Source of the DNA: Veleropilina oligotropha
Lineage: Eukaryota
Direction of reading: 5' to 3'
Assembly (NCBI GenBank): GCA_048128005.1
Contig: JBEUKZ010000138.1
Coordinates: forward strand, 1-64,000
DNA: 64,000 bases
The notes under the pieces are model-generated. The model ran no database searches and had not been told where the DNA came from. It saw only the letters and a program-made list of their open reading frames with translations. Within the stretch, counting starts at the first letter, position 1. Each line of letters starts with the position of its first letter. Of this stretch, positions 38,889-52,500 are shown piece after piece. The translations under genes were made by a program, and so were the position numbers.

Positions 38889-39259
38889 GTAAGTAAACCA
38901 TATACTGGTAATATATAGTGATGCAATAATTATGACATAATAAAATTATCTTCAATAACGATATTCGTCGTTTTCGCATTTAAGATTAGGTCCCGTGGGA
39001 GGGGATACCCCCCTTCGCTTTGCGGGTTAGAGGAATTTCTAGTTTATAATCGGGCTATTGATCTTAATAATAGTATATATTATTATAAACCATCAACACT
39101 TAGTGCCTTAATTATTAAGTAGATATGGCGTCACCGAAAGTCAAATGAAAAAGACTGGGCAATCAATTCACTCGATTGTGATTGCGATTCCTCTCCTGAG
39201 GATGATATGTGTTTATAATGATTGAAACAAATGTAACCTCTACTTCTGTTTATTTACAG

Positions 39260-39294
39260 CGTCCGAAGGATGAACAAAAAACAGGCTTCTAAAG
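39260..39294 (+). CDS. C2H2 zinc-finger gene exon 4 (35-nt micro-exon)
   Basis: TATTTACAG|C VRRMNKKQASK G|GTAAAT; phase 2-1 exactly bridges exons 3 and 5. Confidence 0.8.
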
Positions 39295-39669
39295 GTAAAT
39301 TCTATATAAACTCTTTCAGCTGCATTGGTTGTAAGTAGCGAAAAATGTTTTTAATTTATATCCTAGACCGCAAATGTATTTTTGCCAGTTAATTTTCCTC
39401 AAAAATTTTCTAGGCTGGGTCCTTGGAGCGCATACGAATTAAAAGTAAAAAATAATTATTAAATATGATCAACCCTCTTAGTTAGTTTTGGCATTGTGGA
39501 AAGTTTAGCTGAAACATTATCACTGATTTGCTGTTTTACGATAATGTCACATCACATGCACTTAGATAAATACATTTTTCCTAGTTACCAAAACGTCTGC
39601 ATGTTTTGATAATATCTGCTCGAAAATGGACGAATGTGAATTCCACGAAATTATCAGCAACGAGCAGCG

Positions 39670-40227
39670 ATTTCAGCAGCTATGTTTTATTATAAAGTGA
39701 TGGATAAATCAGCTCCTAAATATCTCCAATCCAAATTTAAGTATACGTCAGAAACATGTGCTAAGCAAACAAGATCAGTGACAGGCAATAAACTGTCACT
39801 GCCAAAACCAAAAACCAATTCATTAAAAAGGACATTTCAATATTCTGGAACTGAACTTTGGAATAAATTACCACAAGCTGTACAAAAATCAGAAACAATT
39901 AATATTTTCAAGAAATCAATAAGACCCTATCTATGAACATTATTATGATTTACTTGTGTGACTATATGTAATATGTGTAACTGTGTATATATGTAAATAT
40001 ATTTTATATATATGTCTTAAATTGATATGATCTCCTAGTATTGCTTGTCAATTTATAAAAAAATGTATCTATATCTTTGCTAATGAACATTTTTCATTAT
40101 TTTCTAACTGATGACAAGGAGATTTTATGTCTCAGTCTCCTTTTGTATTTATGTATTTTAATTTTATTTAGAGGGACTCAGGGAAGATTGGCTTTCACGG
40201 CTAACTGTTCTCCCTCTATAAATAAAG

Positions 40228-40259
<32 letters not shown>
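39670..40259 (+). mobile_element. L2/CR1-group LINE 3' fragment
   Basis: YKVMDKSAPKYL..LSLPKPKTNSLKRTFQYSGTELWNKLP; AATAAA followed by a (TAT)n tail. Confidence 0.85.
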
Positions 40260-40260
<1 letters not shown>

Positions 40261-41409
40261 AAACAGCAAACAATGTTCTTCCATTTTGAATCATCAAAAC
40301 TTTTATAACTCCCGCTTTAAATGTACGTAAGGCATTGTGCGATTACGGGCAATACATCTTGAACTTTTTAGACTGACCTTTATCAGTTTTGTACCATTTG
40401 TCAAAGGTCCAGTGTGGTTGTCAATTCACTTACAACACATGAGCAGATTTAACTCCTCAGTTCAGCATACTGTGTAGTTAAGTCACAGTTGTACATAACA
40501 AGCCAGAGGTGGGTTTCACAGGATAATCCAGGCTTTCCTTCAATGATAATATGGACCTCACTCATTATGACCATAGCTGTTACAATGGACAGTAAAATAA
40601 CCCAATGAAAACATTCTTTCACTTTTCAGTATAATATGTTGAGCATTTCAGTTCTTTTGATTTTCTGTAACATTTTTGTGTCGTGTGTACCTCTATTGAT
40701 TGTCAAGCAAATCGATAATGTTGTAGACAAAACTGCCAAAATTGTTTGAGATTTTCAGAATATGCCAATATCTTGCCCGAAAAGATAATACTATGTTGTC
40801 AAGATTATATATTGATGATTTTATCCTCCATATGTGTTTCTAAAAGTATTGTTGAGGGATATAGAAATGGCGCAGTATTTGAATGCACATGGTTGACTGC
40901 TCTATATAACAGAAGTAGGTTTGAATACTTGGTGTGGCAGTTTTTGTTTAGTTAACAATCACAGGTGTCGATAACTGGCCAGTGACGGTACGTTTTCTTA
41001 GGCAATCGGATTAGTTAGAAGGTTGATCACGGGTTCTAGGCCACCAACGGTGGTTCATTCTACTGCTTAAAATAATAGATGGCATATCTATAAATTAGGT
41101 TAATGTATGTCGGTCAGATCAGAGCGAGACCTAAAACAGGGTGTACCGACTATGATATGGCTGAAAAATTGCCAAAAGTGGTCGTAAAACAATGTTGCCA
41201 ACGAACCAGCCGCCATCCAACCAACCGCAATCCAACCAACCGCAATCAGCATGAACCTGAAGGTTGTTAAAAATGTTACAGTCAGCATCGATTCAAGCCA
41301 AATTGTTGCTATAAAAGGACCTATTAGTGAATAAATGTTTAAAGAATATCCTAGCTAGCTTATGTATTTATTTGGATTACACATATTTTGCTGACAATTT
41401 CACCTACCA

Positions 41410-41850
41410 CAATAAAACAATTTATTATATGCCAGTCGTTTTCTGACACCTGTTCTCGCGCAGTTTTCCGAGACCCTGTATCACGGACACAGCTGATATG
41501 ATTATCACATTCAGAAAACGTCTCCTGCTTATATATTCACAGGACAGGAAAACGTCTCCTGCTTATATATTCAAAATGGCTGACAAATCGTAGGAACTAC
41601 TTCCAATATAGTCCTATACTATTTCAACCTCCCTTACAGATTCTTGACTAAAATTATCATAATCTTTCGATTCAATTTAATAAGAAACTTGTTGTGGCAT
41701 ATAATAAAAATATTATCAGTTATTGTGTGGATTCTGGCGCATAGAAACCTCTCGTGGCGTCGTAGTTTTTGCGGCGGATAAATCCCCCGCAAAAACTGCG
41801 ACGTCACTCGAGGTTTCCGATGTGCCAGAATCCACACAATACTGATAACA
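41410..41850. mobile_element. Crypton-like non-autonomous hairpin element
   Basis: ~140-bp near-perfect hairpin at 41712-41850 (TTATCAGT.ATTGTGTGGATTCTGGC...GCCAGAATCCACACAATACTGATAA); adjacent GGCATATAATAAA is inverted to TTTATTATATGCC at ~41420. Confidence 0.6.
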
Positions 41851-41914
41851 TCATTGTACAGGTTTGTGCGTTCATTTTATAATTTAGCTAAAACTTCGCA
41901 ATTTCTGCTTTCAG

Positions 41915-43191
41915 ATAAAGAAAATAACCATCTTGTTATGCGAGTTTTGCATGATGGAAGCATTACCCTTCTTAGAAAGATTGTAGAGGATAATAAAAAC
42001 ATTGAAGCTAAAGTAACTTATGTTCTTGAAAAGCCCACTGACGAATCTTGTTCAGATTTGGATATGGAACCCATTTTGAATCCAGAAAATCCCAATAGCA
42101 CCAGTCGTAAAATGGAGAGCAATGCTTCTGCACAACAAAATAATGGTGATCTGGAGAATCCAGTGATTGTCTTCTCACGTTTAGGAGATATTGATGAAAA
42201 TGTGAGTCGAAAACCAAACAGTATTGGTCAAGTAAAAATGGCCAAAATACAAGACATATCCTTTGATAAGGTTGGTGATGATCAGTCATCAAGTGTTCGG
42301 TTAGGAGAGCCAGAAGTCTTGCTGATTGTTCAGGGAACCCACCAATCATTAGACAACAGCACAGCTGAAAGAAATGATGAACAGAATCAAGCAATTGCAT
42401 CTAGCGTTTCGGCCCCTGCAGCTTTTGTACAAATTGCGCCCAAACAAGTCACACCCAAAGTTTTGTCTGTTGAGGCACCAGATCCTGAACAGGGTTATAG
42501 ATTTCCATCTCAATTTGTCACTTTTCGGTGTGATATTTGCACCATGAGTTTCCAGTCTCATCTGCAGATAGAGAATCACTACAGCTCGCATATCAACAGC
42601 AAATGTTATGCCTGTAAAAAGTGCGGAAAAGTTTTCTTGACGCTTGCTTCTCGAGCATCGCACCACTTGTCCCACCGCCAAGAACCACTGTCCTGCGACA
42701 TTTGCGCAGAGTTCTTCGAGGAACGCAAGCTTTTGACTATACACAGACGAACACATCTGAAGCAAAAGGTATATTTTTGTAACGTTTGCACAAAGGGATT
42801 CGTAACAAGCTACGAAATGAACCAGCATCACAGAATCCATTTTAACGTGAGAGATTACAAGTGCCCCGTATGTGGAAAGACATTTAAAACGAGGCCAGCT
42901 CTTAGAAAACATTCAAAGAATCATTTAATCGAGAATCCATTCGTTTGTGAAGTGTGTAAAAGAGAGTTCAAGCATTCCTATGTTTTTAAAGAACACCAAC
43001 GGACGCACACTGGAGAGAAACCGTATCAGTGTGAGCTCTGTGGACAGACGTTCGTAAGCGGAAGCAACGCGGCACGACACATCAGGAACGTCCATAAAGA
43101 TGCTGCCCTGCCGATCCTGTTGAAGCCCATCCAACATTCCAGCAAAAACAAAGGTGCAACCATTTATTGCTTTCCACATAACCCCAGTTAA
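41915..43191 (+). CDS. C2H2 zinc-finger gene last exon (7 tandem C2H2 fingers)
   Basis: CTTTCAG|AT; seven CxxC-x12-HxxxH-type fingers (the last HxxxxH) including a canonical HTGEKPY linker; stop at 43191. Confidence 0.95.
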
Positions 43192-43635
43192 TAGTGTTGG
43201 TTAACATATGCTTATGCTTTGATGTTTATATTTTCTTTATTATATACTTGCCCGAATAATATTTCATGTTAATGAACTTAGGATTGTTAAATGCGCAATT
43301 ATCAATATACATGATGTTAGTAATGTATCTTAACATTTATGTGATTATTTCTTTCAGAATATCCAATACTTTATCAGAATATTATGCACTCGCATTAAAA
43401 TTAAGCAATATAATGCAAATTATAAACACATGCTACAATAGATGATATGTTACTGTAGCATGATTAACGTTATCTTATTGAGGTCATGGTAATATTTATG
43501 TAACAATTGTATCACTTTTAATTAATATCAACACCAACATAGTATGTAAAAGTGCAGCATATGCATATAATTAGTGTATATAACAACAAGAGGCTATTGG
43601 TCATTATCAAATTCAATTCCTATTTTTTTTATTAA

Positions 43636-45569
43636 AGGACTTGTGAACTAAAACTCATAATATAGGCAAAATTTGACTTGACGGCATATTCCTGTCATAT
43701 ATTTACTGTATGACTTTCAAGACGGTCTGCGTTTGTTGTAAACTGACCTGGAGAAACAACCAACAACCTCGAGACTAGTCACATTCGCAGGTCGGGTCGA
43801 TTTTGACGTCACAAATGGACAGGCCACTCGGATTATATGGAATTCTATGGCAACATCATTGTCCGCCAATTGGTTTGTCAACACTAACAATAGCACTACG
43901 AGACGTGGGCCATATCTGACGTCACCTAATTAGTGTCCGGGAGATTCGGGGTCGATAGCTAGGGATCTTCTGTATGCGTGTATACATAGGTTGCAGACAC
44001 GTGACCAAAACCACGTGATCACCTGGTCGTCCGCCATCGCAAAAGGCCAACACTCATAGCAGTCAATCAAATGAATACCGGTCAATACGTAAAATATCTT
44101 GAGAAATCATAAAATACGTGTGAAGGAGCATTCATTTAATTCTTTGAATAATCACGAGTTGCTGTTCTTACCGGAAGTTACGTTTGATATCGCAACCGCA
44201 GAAAAACTAATGCGGCGATAAAGTAAATATTCATGTAATAAGCTATACTGTTAATGACTTGAGGTAATTAGTTCCTACATTTGATGCATATCATTATATA
44301 AATTGTCAATAAATAATCTTATGTATATTACTAAATGTAGTAAGCCTATTATAGTACGTACTTTTTGTCTTTTTACGGATTAATTGAATGCTTCCCCGAC
44401 TTGAAAGTCAAAGTGCGCATGCATCGCACGTCGTTCTTTAGTACCCCGCTGCAGTGCTAATTGTTATTTTCAATAGTTATTGTCTTGTTGATAATTCAAT
44501 TGAGACCACAGGATGTCATTGCCAAGCTGATAAATAGGTAACATTTTATTTGTGCGGCAGACCCATTGTTTCGTGTAAACACATCTAGGCTACAAAAATC
44601 ATTTGACTGAAATAACCAGCTTGCGCAATTTGAACGTTCCGCAATAACATATAGTTCTTGATCTAATGTCTGTCTTTCAAAGTTTATAAAATGAAACGAA
44701 AAATTTTCTGTATACCTACACTTCCAATAGTAACACATCAAAGCTTTTATTTTTATTTTGTTTTTTTTAAAAAGACTACTAAGCTTAACGTGTCGCACGT
44801 GTTTGGAAAATCCACAGCTGTATCACTGTGCGTATGAGTTTGTTCCCCAGCAGTCACCATGTGCACAGACCCGAGGCATGTACGAAATAAATTATAAGCT
44901 CGAATTTTAGATTAAATATATAAATACCGAAATACACTCGGAATGCGAAAATTGCTTTCATTTTACAATGGACCACATTTCTGATCAAAGGGCCTAACGT
45001 AGGCGCCTACGTTTACGTTTTAAAACAATACCGTATGAATCAATTATCAAACTTTGATGGCGGTCTGATTTTATTTCAATTCGATGGATGTTCAAAGCTA
45101 TTATTACTGTCAATAGTTGAATAAAGAACACAAAAGGTATTTATAAGGCTAATTGTAAGATTCGAATGAAATTTTAGCTATGGCTCGGCTTAATTAATAG
45201 CCTAAAATTGGACCAGTTATTTAATTTAAATGACGAAGGCTCTGCTGTTGTATTAACTCGACCAAATCGAACCCAAACGACAATATATATTTAATATATT
45301 GAAAGTACCGTCACAACGCTTCCGTGAATTTCTATCTTTATCATTTATTTTCACATAATTGAATCGATTTATTCTGTTATCTTATATCCCTCGTGTTATT
45401 CCTTTCCTTCTGCAATGGCGCCGCGCACAGAATTATGGGACTGCGTGACGTCATCTGCAACCTATGTATTGATAATCTTAATCATATGATGGCGTTACTA
45501 ATAACAGAATAAATAAATATGCGGTAGCATTTTTAATTTTCATCCAGCATATATATGTTCACAAGTCCT
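43636..45569. mobile_element. Kolobok-like non-autonomous DNA transposon
   Basis: 13-bp TIRs AGGACTTGTGAAC/GTTCACAAGTCCT flanked by TTAA and TGAA. Confidence 0.65.
43985..45466. mobile_element. Nested TIR element (CATAGG termini)
   Basis: TIRs CATAGGTTGCAGA/TCTGCAACCTATG with TA on both flanks; superfamily uncertain. Confidence 0.6.
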
Positions 45570-46125
45570 TGAAGGAAATGTCAGCACTCACAATGCTATT
45601 TATTGTTGTTAAATTTAAATGTAATGCTGATGGACATTAATTTCGGTCATACCGTACGTCCTTGGCTACGAGTATGGAATTGGGCGGTTAGATCAAACAG
45701 CTAGATTTATGAAAAATGGTTTTGATTGGCTGGTTGGTGTCACATGCTTCAGCTTGGTAATTTTGTTTGAATAACTCATGTTTTATAGAATATTTGCTTC
45801 TCACTTCTCATTTTCTAGGTAAGGCGTTGGAAGATACTGCTAGTATTTGTTGGGTCACTATTGTTTTGCGCATATTCATTCAATGATTGCGGAACACATG
45901 TGCACAGAATGTTCCATATTGATCTGTTGTAGACCTCAATTTATTCTCAAATATTTAATTACATAATTTGTTTCATTATGGCGAAGTTGTGCGGTATGTT
46001 GCTCATATTCATGATATTGTGATATAAATATATGGAAGCTCAGAAATTGCGATTGAATATTTGGTGCAAGTGTCAATACTTTACCGACCTAATAATATTG
46101 GGCAGCTGTTTGTTCAGGTGTTAAC

Positions 46126-46393
46126 GGCCCCTTCACTAATCGTGTGGTCTCGAGTGCCAACTCTGAAATCACTGGCTCGATTGCGCTAACTATCAGGAGT
46201 GGGTTCGAATCTCGGTTGGGGCAATAACATTTTTGTTCAGTTATCAATCACAGTTACAAATCCATAAGTGACCGGTGAAGGCGGCTTTCCCCAGGTGACT
46301 GGGCTTTCTTCCCATGATAATATGAACGTGTCCTGCCTTGAATCTGAAGGTTGTAAATATGCAGGACACTAAGCATCAATCCAACCCAATCAA
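46126..46393 (+). mobile_element. tRNA-derived SINE copy
   Basis: B box GGGTTCGAATC, core GGCTTTCCCCAGGTGACTGGGCTTTCTTCC, tail GTAAATATGCAGGACACTAAGCATCAAT; reverse-complement match to 27607-27873. Confidence 0.7.
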
Positions 46394-47899
46394 GTGTTAA
46401 CTCATTCATGGCGGCATCATGCTGTATAGGTTTATTAGTGCATCTAATGCTATCGATTAAATAGCAACATGATTGTAATATTGAACACAAGTAATCTTGA
46501 ATGTAATTTGTTGCTGTTCGGTTATTCTATGTTTATTAAATGTTTGAGTGCTCAGGTAAATTTATACAGTGCTTGTAATATGTTACTTAAAATGGCGTCC
46601 TGCACATTATGCAAGACATTTAGAAAGCAGCCTTAGCATTGTGTGATTTCACATACGTACTTATTTCTATGGTCATGTCACATTCGTGGCGCTACACACT
46701 GTACGCCAAATCCTTGATTGTGGCTGTGAACTTTTGGGGGAAGCATGGCCGAGGGAATTTGATGCTTGTATACAAATAGTCATGGGTTCAACTCCCGGGA
46801 GTGCGAGAGATTATTCTTGTAGTCGCTACCTCCATTTTTTTCATTATTCAAAGGTGATGTGGTAATTAAACATCAATTCATCATGTTTATTATATTTGTA
46901 TTTATAATTATTATTGTTATGTAAATTACAGATTAAAAAAATACCTATATCCTATTACACTGTACTGGTGTCATTAATTTATTTAATATCTAAAATCAAC
47001 CTGATCTCACCTGTAATTGATTTGTAAGTAAGAATTTTCGAGCAAAATATTATTCAAATGATGGCCTATTGTATCCCGATCATAAAAATATAATTTTCCT
47101 CACAAATATTCCAGAGAAAATGTTGATGTCATGCAACCGAACAATTACGGTAATGTTAATCATATATGTATGACTCGAGTTAGTTATGTACATCATTCCA
47201 AATGGCAGGGTAATTTTTAAAAGTATATGGCTCCCAATAGTGGAAGAGCCGTCATGAGATTATTCAGCTAATGGAAAACACCAGGCGATTGTTATACGTA
47301 CATGTATTCACTTGTGATCAACATTATACAATTTTTGACTGATTTTCCTGTGAATATTTACCAAGGAAATATCACTTTCCGAGGTGGACAAATCATTATA
47401 TTCACCGAAGAACAGTCAATAATTATATTGTTATATGATGTCAACTATCTTCAATTCAATTCTACAGTTCATTTGATGTCTTCTTTAAAACATTTACGGA
47501 AATGAACATTTGTTAATAGAGCTATCCAGTTAAAATGAATTCAACCCTCGGCCGAATGCTGTTCGGATTTGTCATCCATGGTAGTCCATAACATTATATG
47601 CGAGTGGGTTGCATCTATTCCGGTCTTTTCTACAAATGATGATTCGAACGTGTGGCCTAAGATTTCAATAGAGACAAAATCCAAATCATATTTTTGAAAG
47701 ACCACATATATGGGACCGTCCATCAAATAATCGACGACATGTTCCATAAGACAAATGAAGTTAGCAGCTAAAAACTGTGATGCTAGGACATTTTTAAAAA
47801 CATTATTGATTTACAAATATTAAAAAGTGTACTATATACATAGTATTCTAGAAAAAAGGTACAAAAAGTATTCTATATGGTTCAATGACGGAGTAGCGC

Positions 47900-49520
47900 T
47901 CTTTAGGAGGAGCACTGCTCCCCCTCTGGCAGAAGGTCAATGGTCTAGAAAGGTGACCTAAAAACCTCGCCTCGCACAATCCTGTTAGCAAGCCGCAGCT
48001 GACTGGACATCTACAATTTGCCGTCAAAAGTTTATATCGAAAACAACAGTAAATGAAAGTCTGTGTATATATGCGTGGAATGTCAGGACCCTCTTAAACA
48101 GAAACGTCTGCAAAAGACCCGAGTCGAGCAGCCGTAGTGGGACTTGAACTGAAGAGTTATACCATCGACATTGCTGCACTTAGTGAAACACGATTGGCAG
48201 GTTCTGGATAAGTTGCTGAAGCAAGTGCTGGATACACGTTCTTCTGGAACGACAAGGCAAAGGCGGAGCCTAGGGAAGCTGATGTTGGATTTGCAATTCG
48301 TACCAAGCTGATTAGTAACTTCGAGTTAGGGCCAAGAGGTATAAACGACTGCCTTCACGCAGACAATCAAACCTGATACTCGTCACTGCATACGCTATCA
48401 CCATGACCTATGACCTGGATGAGAAAGAACTGTTTTATCAGAAACTTGGCAATGTGTTGCGATCGGTGCCAAAAGACGATAAATTATTGTTGCTGGGCGA
48501 CTTCAGTCCAAGTAAGCTGCGACTCTCAGGCCTGGACGGATGGTATTTGGAGAGAGATTTCAAATGACCAGACGCTTCTTATACTCTGCGCTGAACATGG
48601 ATTAAGTTAACCACCACTAATACACTTTCTAAGTTACCAAACATCCACAGGTCGACATGGATGAGAGAAGAGCCTACTGCCGGATAGATCATCTACTGCT
48701 CAGAAGCAAGCTAGCATGTTGCATTGACAGCAAACAGATTTCAGCAGAGTGGCACCAAGAAAAAGCTGAATGTGAGAAAATTGTTAGATCTCGAAACAAA
48801 ATAAGAATTAACATCTACACTGTAGCAGAAGTTGAATAATTTACGACTGCATCTGACTCCGAACAGGCATGGGCAAAATTCAGAGATATAGTGTTCGACT
48901 CAGCCCAGAAAACCCTTGGCCACCCCAAACGGAAACATCAAGATTGGTTTGATGAGAACAACGAATACATTGCATGTCTTCTCAAGGAAAACCAGAAAGC
49001 TTTCAGCAGCTGGCTTAGTGGTACGCAGTCGACCTCGAAACATGACTGCCTGACAAATCTCCGAGACAAAGCTTTGCAAAATGAAAGACAAGTGGTGGGA
49101 GGCTAAGGTCGTTGAACTCCAGCAGTACGCGGACGAACATAACACCAAAAAGTTATTTGATGAAATGAAAAACTTATACTGACTTTCTTCCAGCACAATG
49201 CTACCTGTACGCTCTGATGATGACATTATCATTCATGAGAGGAAGACCATAGCGCAGAGATGGACAGACCACTAGCCAATTGCTGAATAGACCGTCTCAG
49301 ATTGATCAGCAGACTATACAAGGCATTCAACAGTGCCCAGTCAACGAGTCACTTGATGATCCACCTACCCTGGCAGAGGTCCGGAAAGCCACTGCACAAT
49401 TACATGTTAATCAAGTCGAAATATTTAAGGAGGGAGGAGTGACTCTCACAAATCGGCTAACGGGGCTGTTGCAGTATTTTGGAAGAATGACTGTTTCCTC
49501 CAGGACATCAAGGATGCCAA
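47900..49520 (+). mobile_element. RTE/BovB-like LINE, degenerate 5' part (APE endonuclease and linker)
   Basis: AWNVRTLL..IDIAALSETRL..GYTFFW..VGFAIR, KLLLLGDF, RKHQDWFDENN, LDDPPTLAEVRKA; many stops and frameshifts. Confidence 0.88.
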
Positions 49521-52500
49521 CAATGTTGGTCGACCATCGATCCGATGATGTCGTTAGTTGTGCAATCCTCGTACATGGGCCCGGGTGTGGCTGGCAAGTC
49601 CAATCCTGTGCTCTCCCGCACTGAGGACTTTCTCCCGCCGACTCTTTTCACAGGAGATAAGTGTTCTATGAGTCAAGGTACGCCATGCTGTTCAGTCCTC
49701 TGCACAGGCTTCTAGATAGATAGATAGATAGATATTTATTTTCCTTTCAATATTATTTACATATTATAATTGTGTTAAGAACAAATAATGAAAGGAAGGA
49801 TAACACTTGAGTCAGAAAAGACTGTTCCTTTACAGGTAGTGTTACCCTATATACACAAGTAGTAGAAATCTTAATGACGAGAATGACTCGACTCAATAAA
49901 ATGAGAAAAGCACAAGAGACGGACATAAAGGACAGACAGGGACACATAAACAGTATTGCACATCTAATGTTACATATATATATTTACTTATATTTCATGT
50001 CTGTATAGTCATGATTATTCGCAAGAGTGCATTAATTGCTTACACACAAAAGATTGAAAAGATAAATATACACTTTGATATACAAATAATGATTGTACAT
50101 ACTATACTGGTGCAAATTACTATTAGTAATGAGCTGGTGCAAAATTAATATAATACTATACTGGTGCAAATTACTATATGTGCTATACTAGTACAAATTT
50201 CCATACGTAGGATACTATGTTGATATGTACATGATTATAATAGTGGAAAGTACTATGCCTAACATATTAGTGTAAATTACTATACATAATATGCTGTTTG
50301 TCACACATAATGAAAAATTGGCAAATGTCTAATAGTTTAGTCGCTTACTCTGGCATATGATTCATATTTACAAGACACCAATATATCATGCTATTGGTCT
50401 TTATATGCTTTGAAATATGCAATGTAATCATCGTATATATATCATAATCTGATATATGATATCGTCGTCAGGACCAAATATCAATCAGATGCATACCTCC
50501 TCTTAAAACTAGTAGTTATTATTTTTTGTAGTAGAAATTTTTTTAATAAATGCATTAATTGATGCCACATTTTTTAAATTTAGTGGAAGATTGCCCCACA
50601 AAGAAGGCGTTTTACAAAGTAAACTACGATTGAAAATAGACGTACGATGGGGTTGGGTTGTTGGATTATGTCTGTTTCTAGTGTTATAACCATGAATCTG
50701 AGAATTTGTTGTGAAAATATTTTCAATACCAGGTGGTAGAATTTTGTTGTTACATTTAAATCCCATTTTGCAAAGATCTAGTTCTATTAGATCGGACAAC
50801 TTTAATATATGTAGTGTTTTAAATAATTCATTGCTTGGATAATTGTAATTGACATTTGAGACTAATCTAACACACTTTTTTTGAAGGATAAATAATTTCT
50901 TTAGTTGCTGTTGTAAATAACTTATTTACAACTTGTTTAGAATGTTCGGCCCAATTAAGGTGTTCATCAATTGTCAGTCCTAGAAATATAGTAGCGGTAA
51001 CTTGAGAAATGGAAAGATTGTCTAGTTTCACTTCATAATTTAATAGGTCATCTGCATTAGAATTAGACTTAAATAAAATGTAATTACTTTTACCTGTGTT
51101 TAGAGAAAGTTTGTTGCATTTAAACCATTCGTTCATCATTTTTAAATCATCTGTTACATATTTATATAATGTTCTCTTATTTGTATTGCTGCTGTAAGCT
51201 GTAGTGTCGTCAGCGAAATTGATTATTTTTAGGAATTTAAGTGACCTATGCAGATCATTTATGTAGATAATAAATAATAAGGGACCCAGAACGGATCCTT
51301 GGGGAACGCCATAATCACTTTGCATAATTTCTGAGAGTACGTTTTCCTTTGTTGGTTCCGAGCATAATTTGACTAGCTGCTTTCGATTTTCTAGGTAACT
51401 TTTGAACCATTTGTTTGGTATTCCTCTAATTCCATGATGATCTAATTTATGAATTAGTATACTGTGATCTATAGTGTCAAAAGCTTTAGACAAGTCCAGA
51501 AAAACAGCTAGAGTGTATTTACTCTCTTCGAAACCCTTAATGATATCACTTATTAATTCTGTTATGGCATCTATAGTGCTGTGATTTTCCCTAAATCCGT
51601 ATTGACTGTGGTACAAAATGTCATAATTTATCAAGTATTTATATAGCCTTTTGTATATTATTTTCTCTAGCACTTTTGACACTACTGGTAAAAGTGATAT
51701 TGGTCTATAGTTACTCATTATATCCTTTTCCTTATTTTTATATATTGGTATTATTTCTGCTAGCTTCATTTTCGTTGGGAATATTCCTTGTTCTATTGAT
51801 TTATTAAATATTGTTGTCAGTGGGGTATTTACGGAGTGGACAAGTTTTTTTAATAATATACTGTTCACTTTGTCGTATCCACTACTGGTTTTATTTTTTA
51901 AGCCATTAATTGTTAACGTAACTTCTTTTATAGTTGTAGGTGTCAGAAAAAAACTTACTGGGGATCTATCGCCCATAAATTCAGTGTACATTTTGTGCGA
52001 TGGGCCTATATTATTGGCTAACTTGTTGCCAATAGTAGAGAAATAATTTCCGAACTTATTGCAAATGTCGATAGGGTTGTACATTCGGATACCCTCTGAT
52101 GTAATATAATCAGGTATGCTCGATTTGTTTCTGTGTTTTCCTAATATGCTGTTTATAATACCCCACAATTTTCTCGTATCGTTCTTGAATTCGTTTACTC
52201 TAGATGTATAATAATTGTATTTAGATATCCTTTTTAATTTATTATACATATTTCTGTATTTTAAATATTTCATATAATTGTTGTCTTCTTTTGGTCTGCC
52301 CAGAGATTTTCTGTACAGATCGTCACACTTTTTCGAACTCTTCAGCAGACCTGATGTCATAAAGGGTTCCCTAATAATATGTTTTGTATGTACAGTTATT
52401 AATTTTTCAGGCGCTATGTTGTCAATAGCAGATTGTACAACATCTGAATAAGTATTATATGCTGAGTCAGCATCCATATTACTTATATAATCCCAATTAT

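Noticed and set aside
39196..39230. CTGAGGA...GAAAC hammerhead-like core
   Set aside because: Stem II and the stem III/cleavage triplet do not pair convincingly.
42008..43179. Minus-strand ORFs overlapping the zinc-finger exon
   Set aside because: Antisense shadows of a real coding exon with no recognisable motifs.
46736..46810. tRNA-like A/B boxes (GCATGGCCGAGGG...GGGTTCAACTCCC)
   Set aside because: Does not fold into a full cloverleaf; probably a decayed SINE head.
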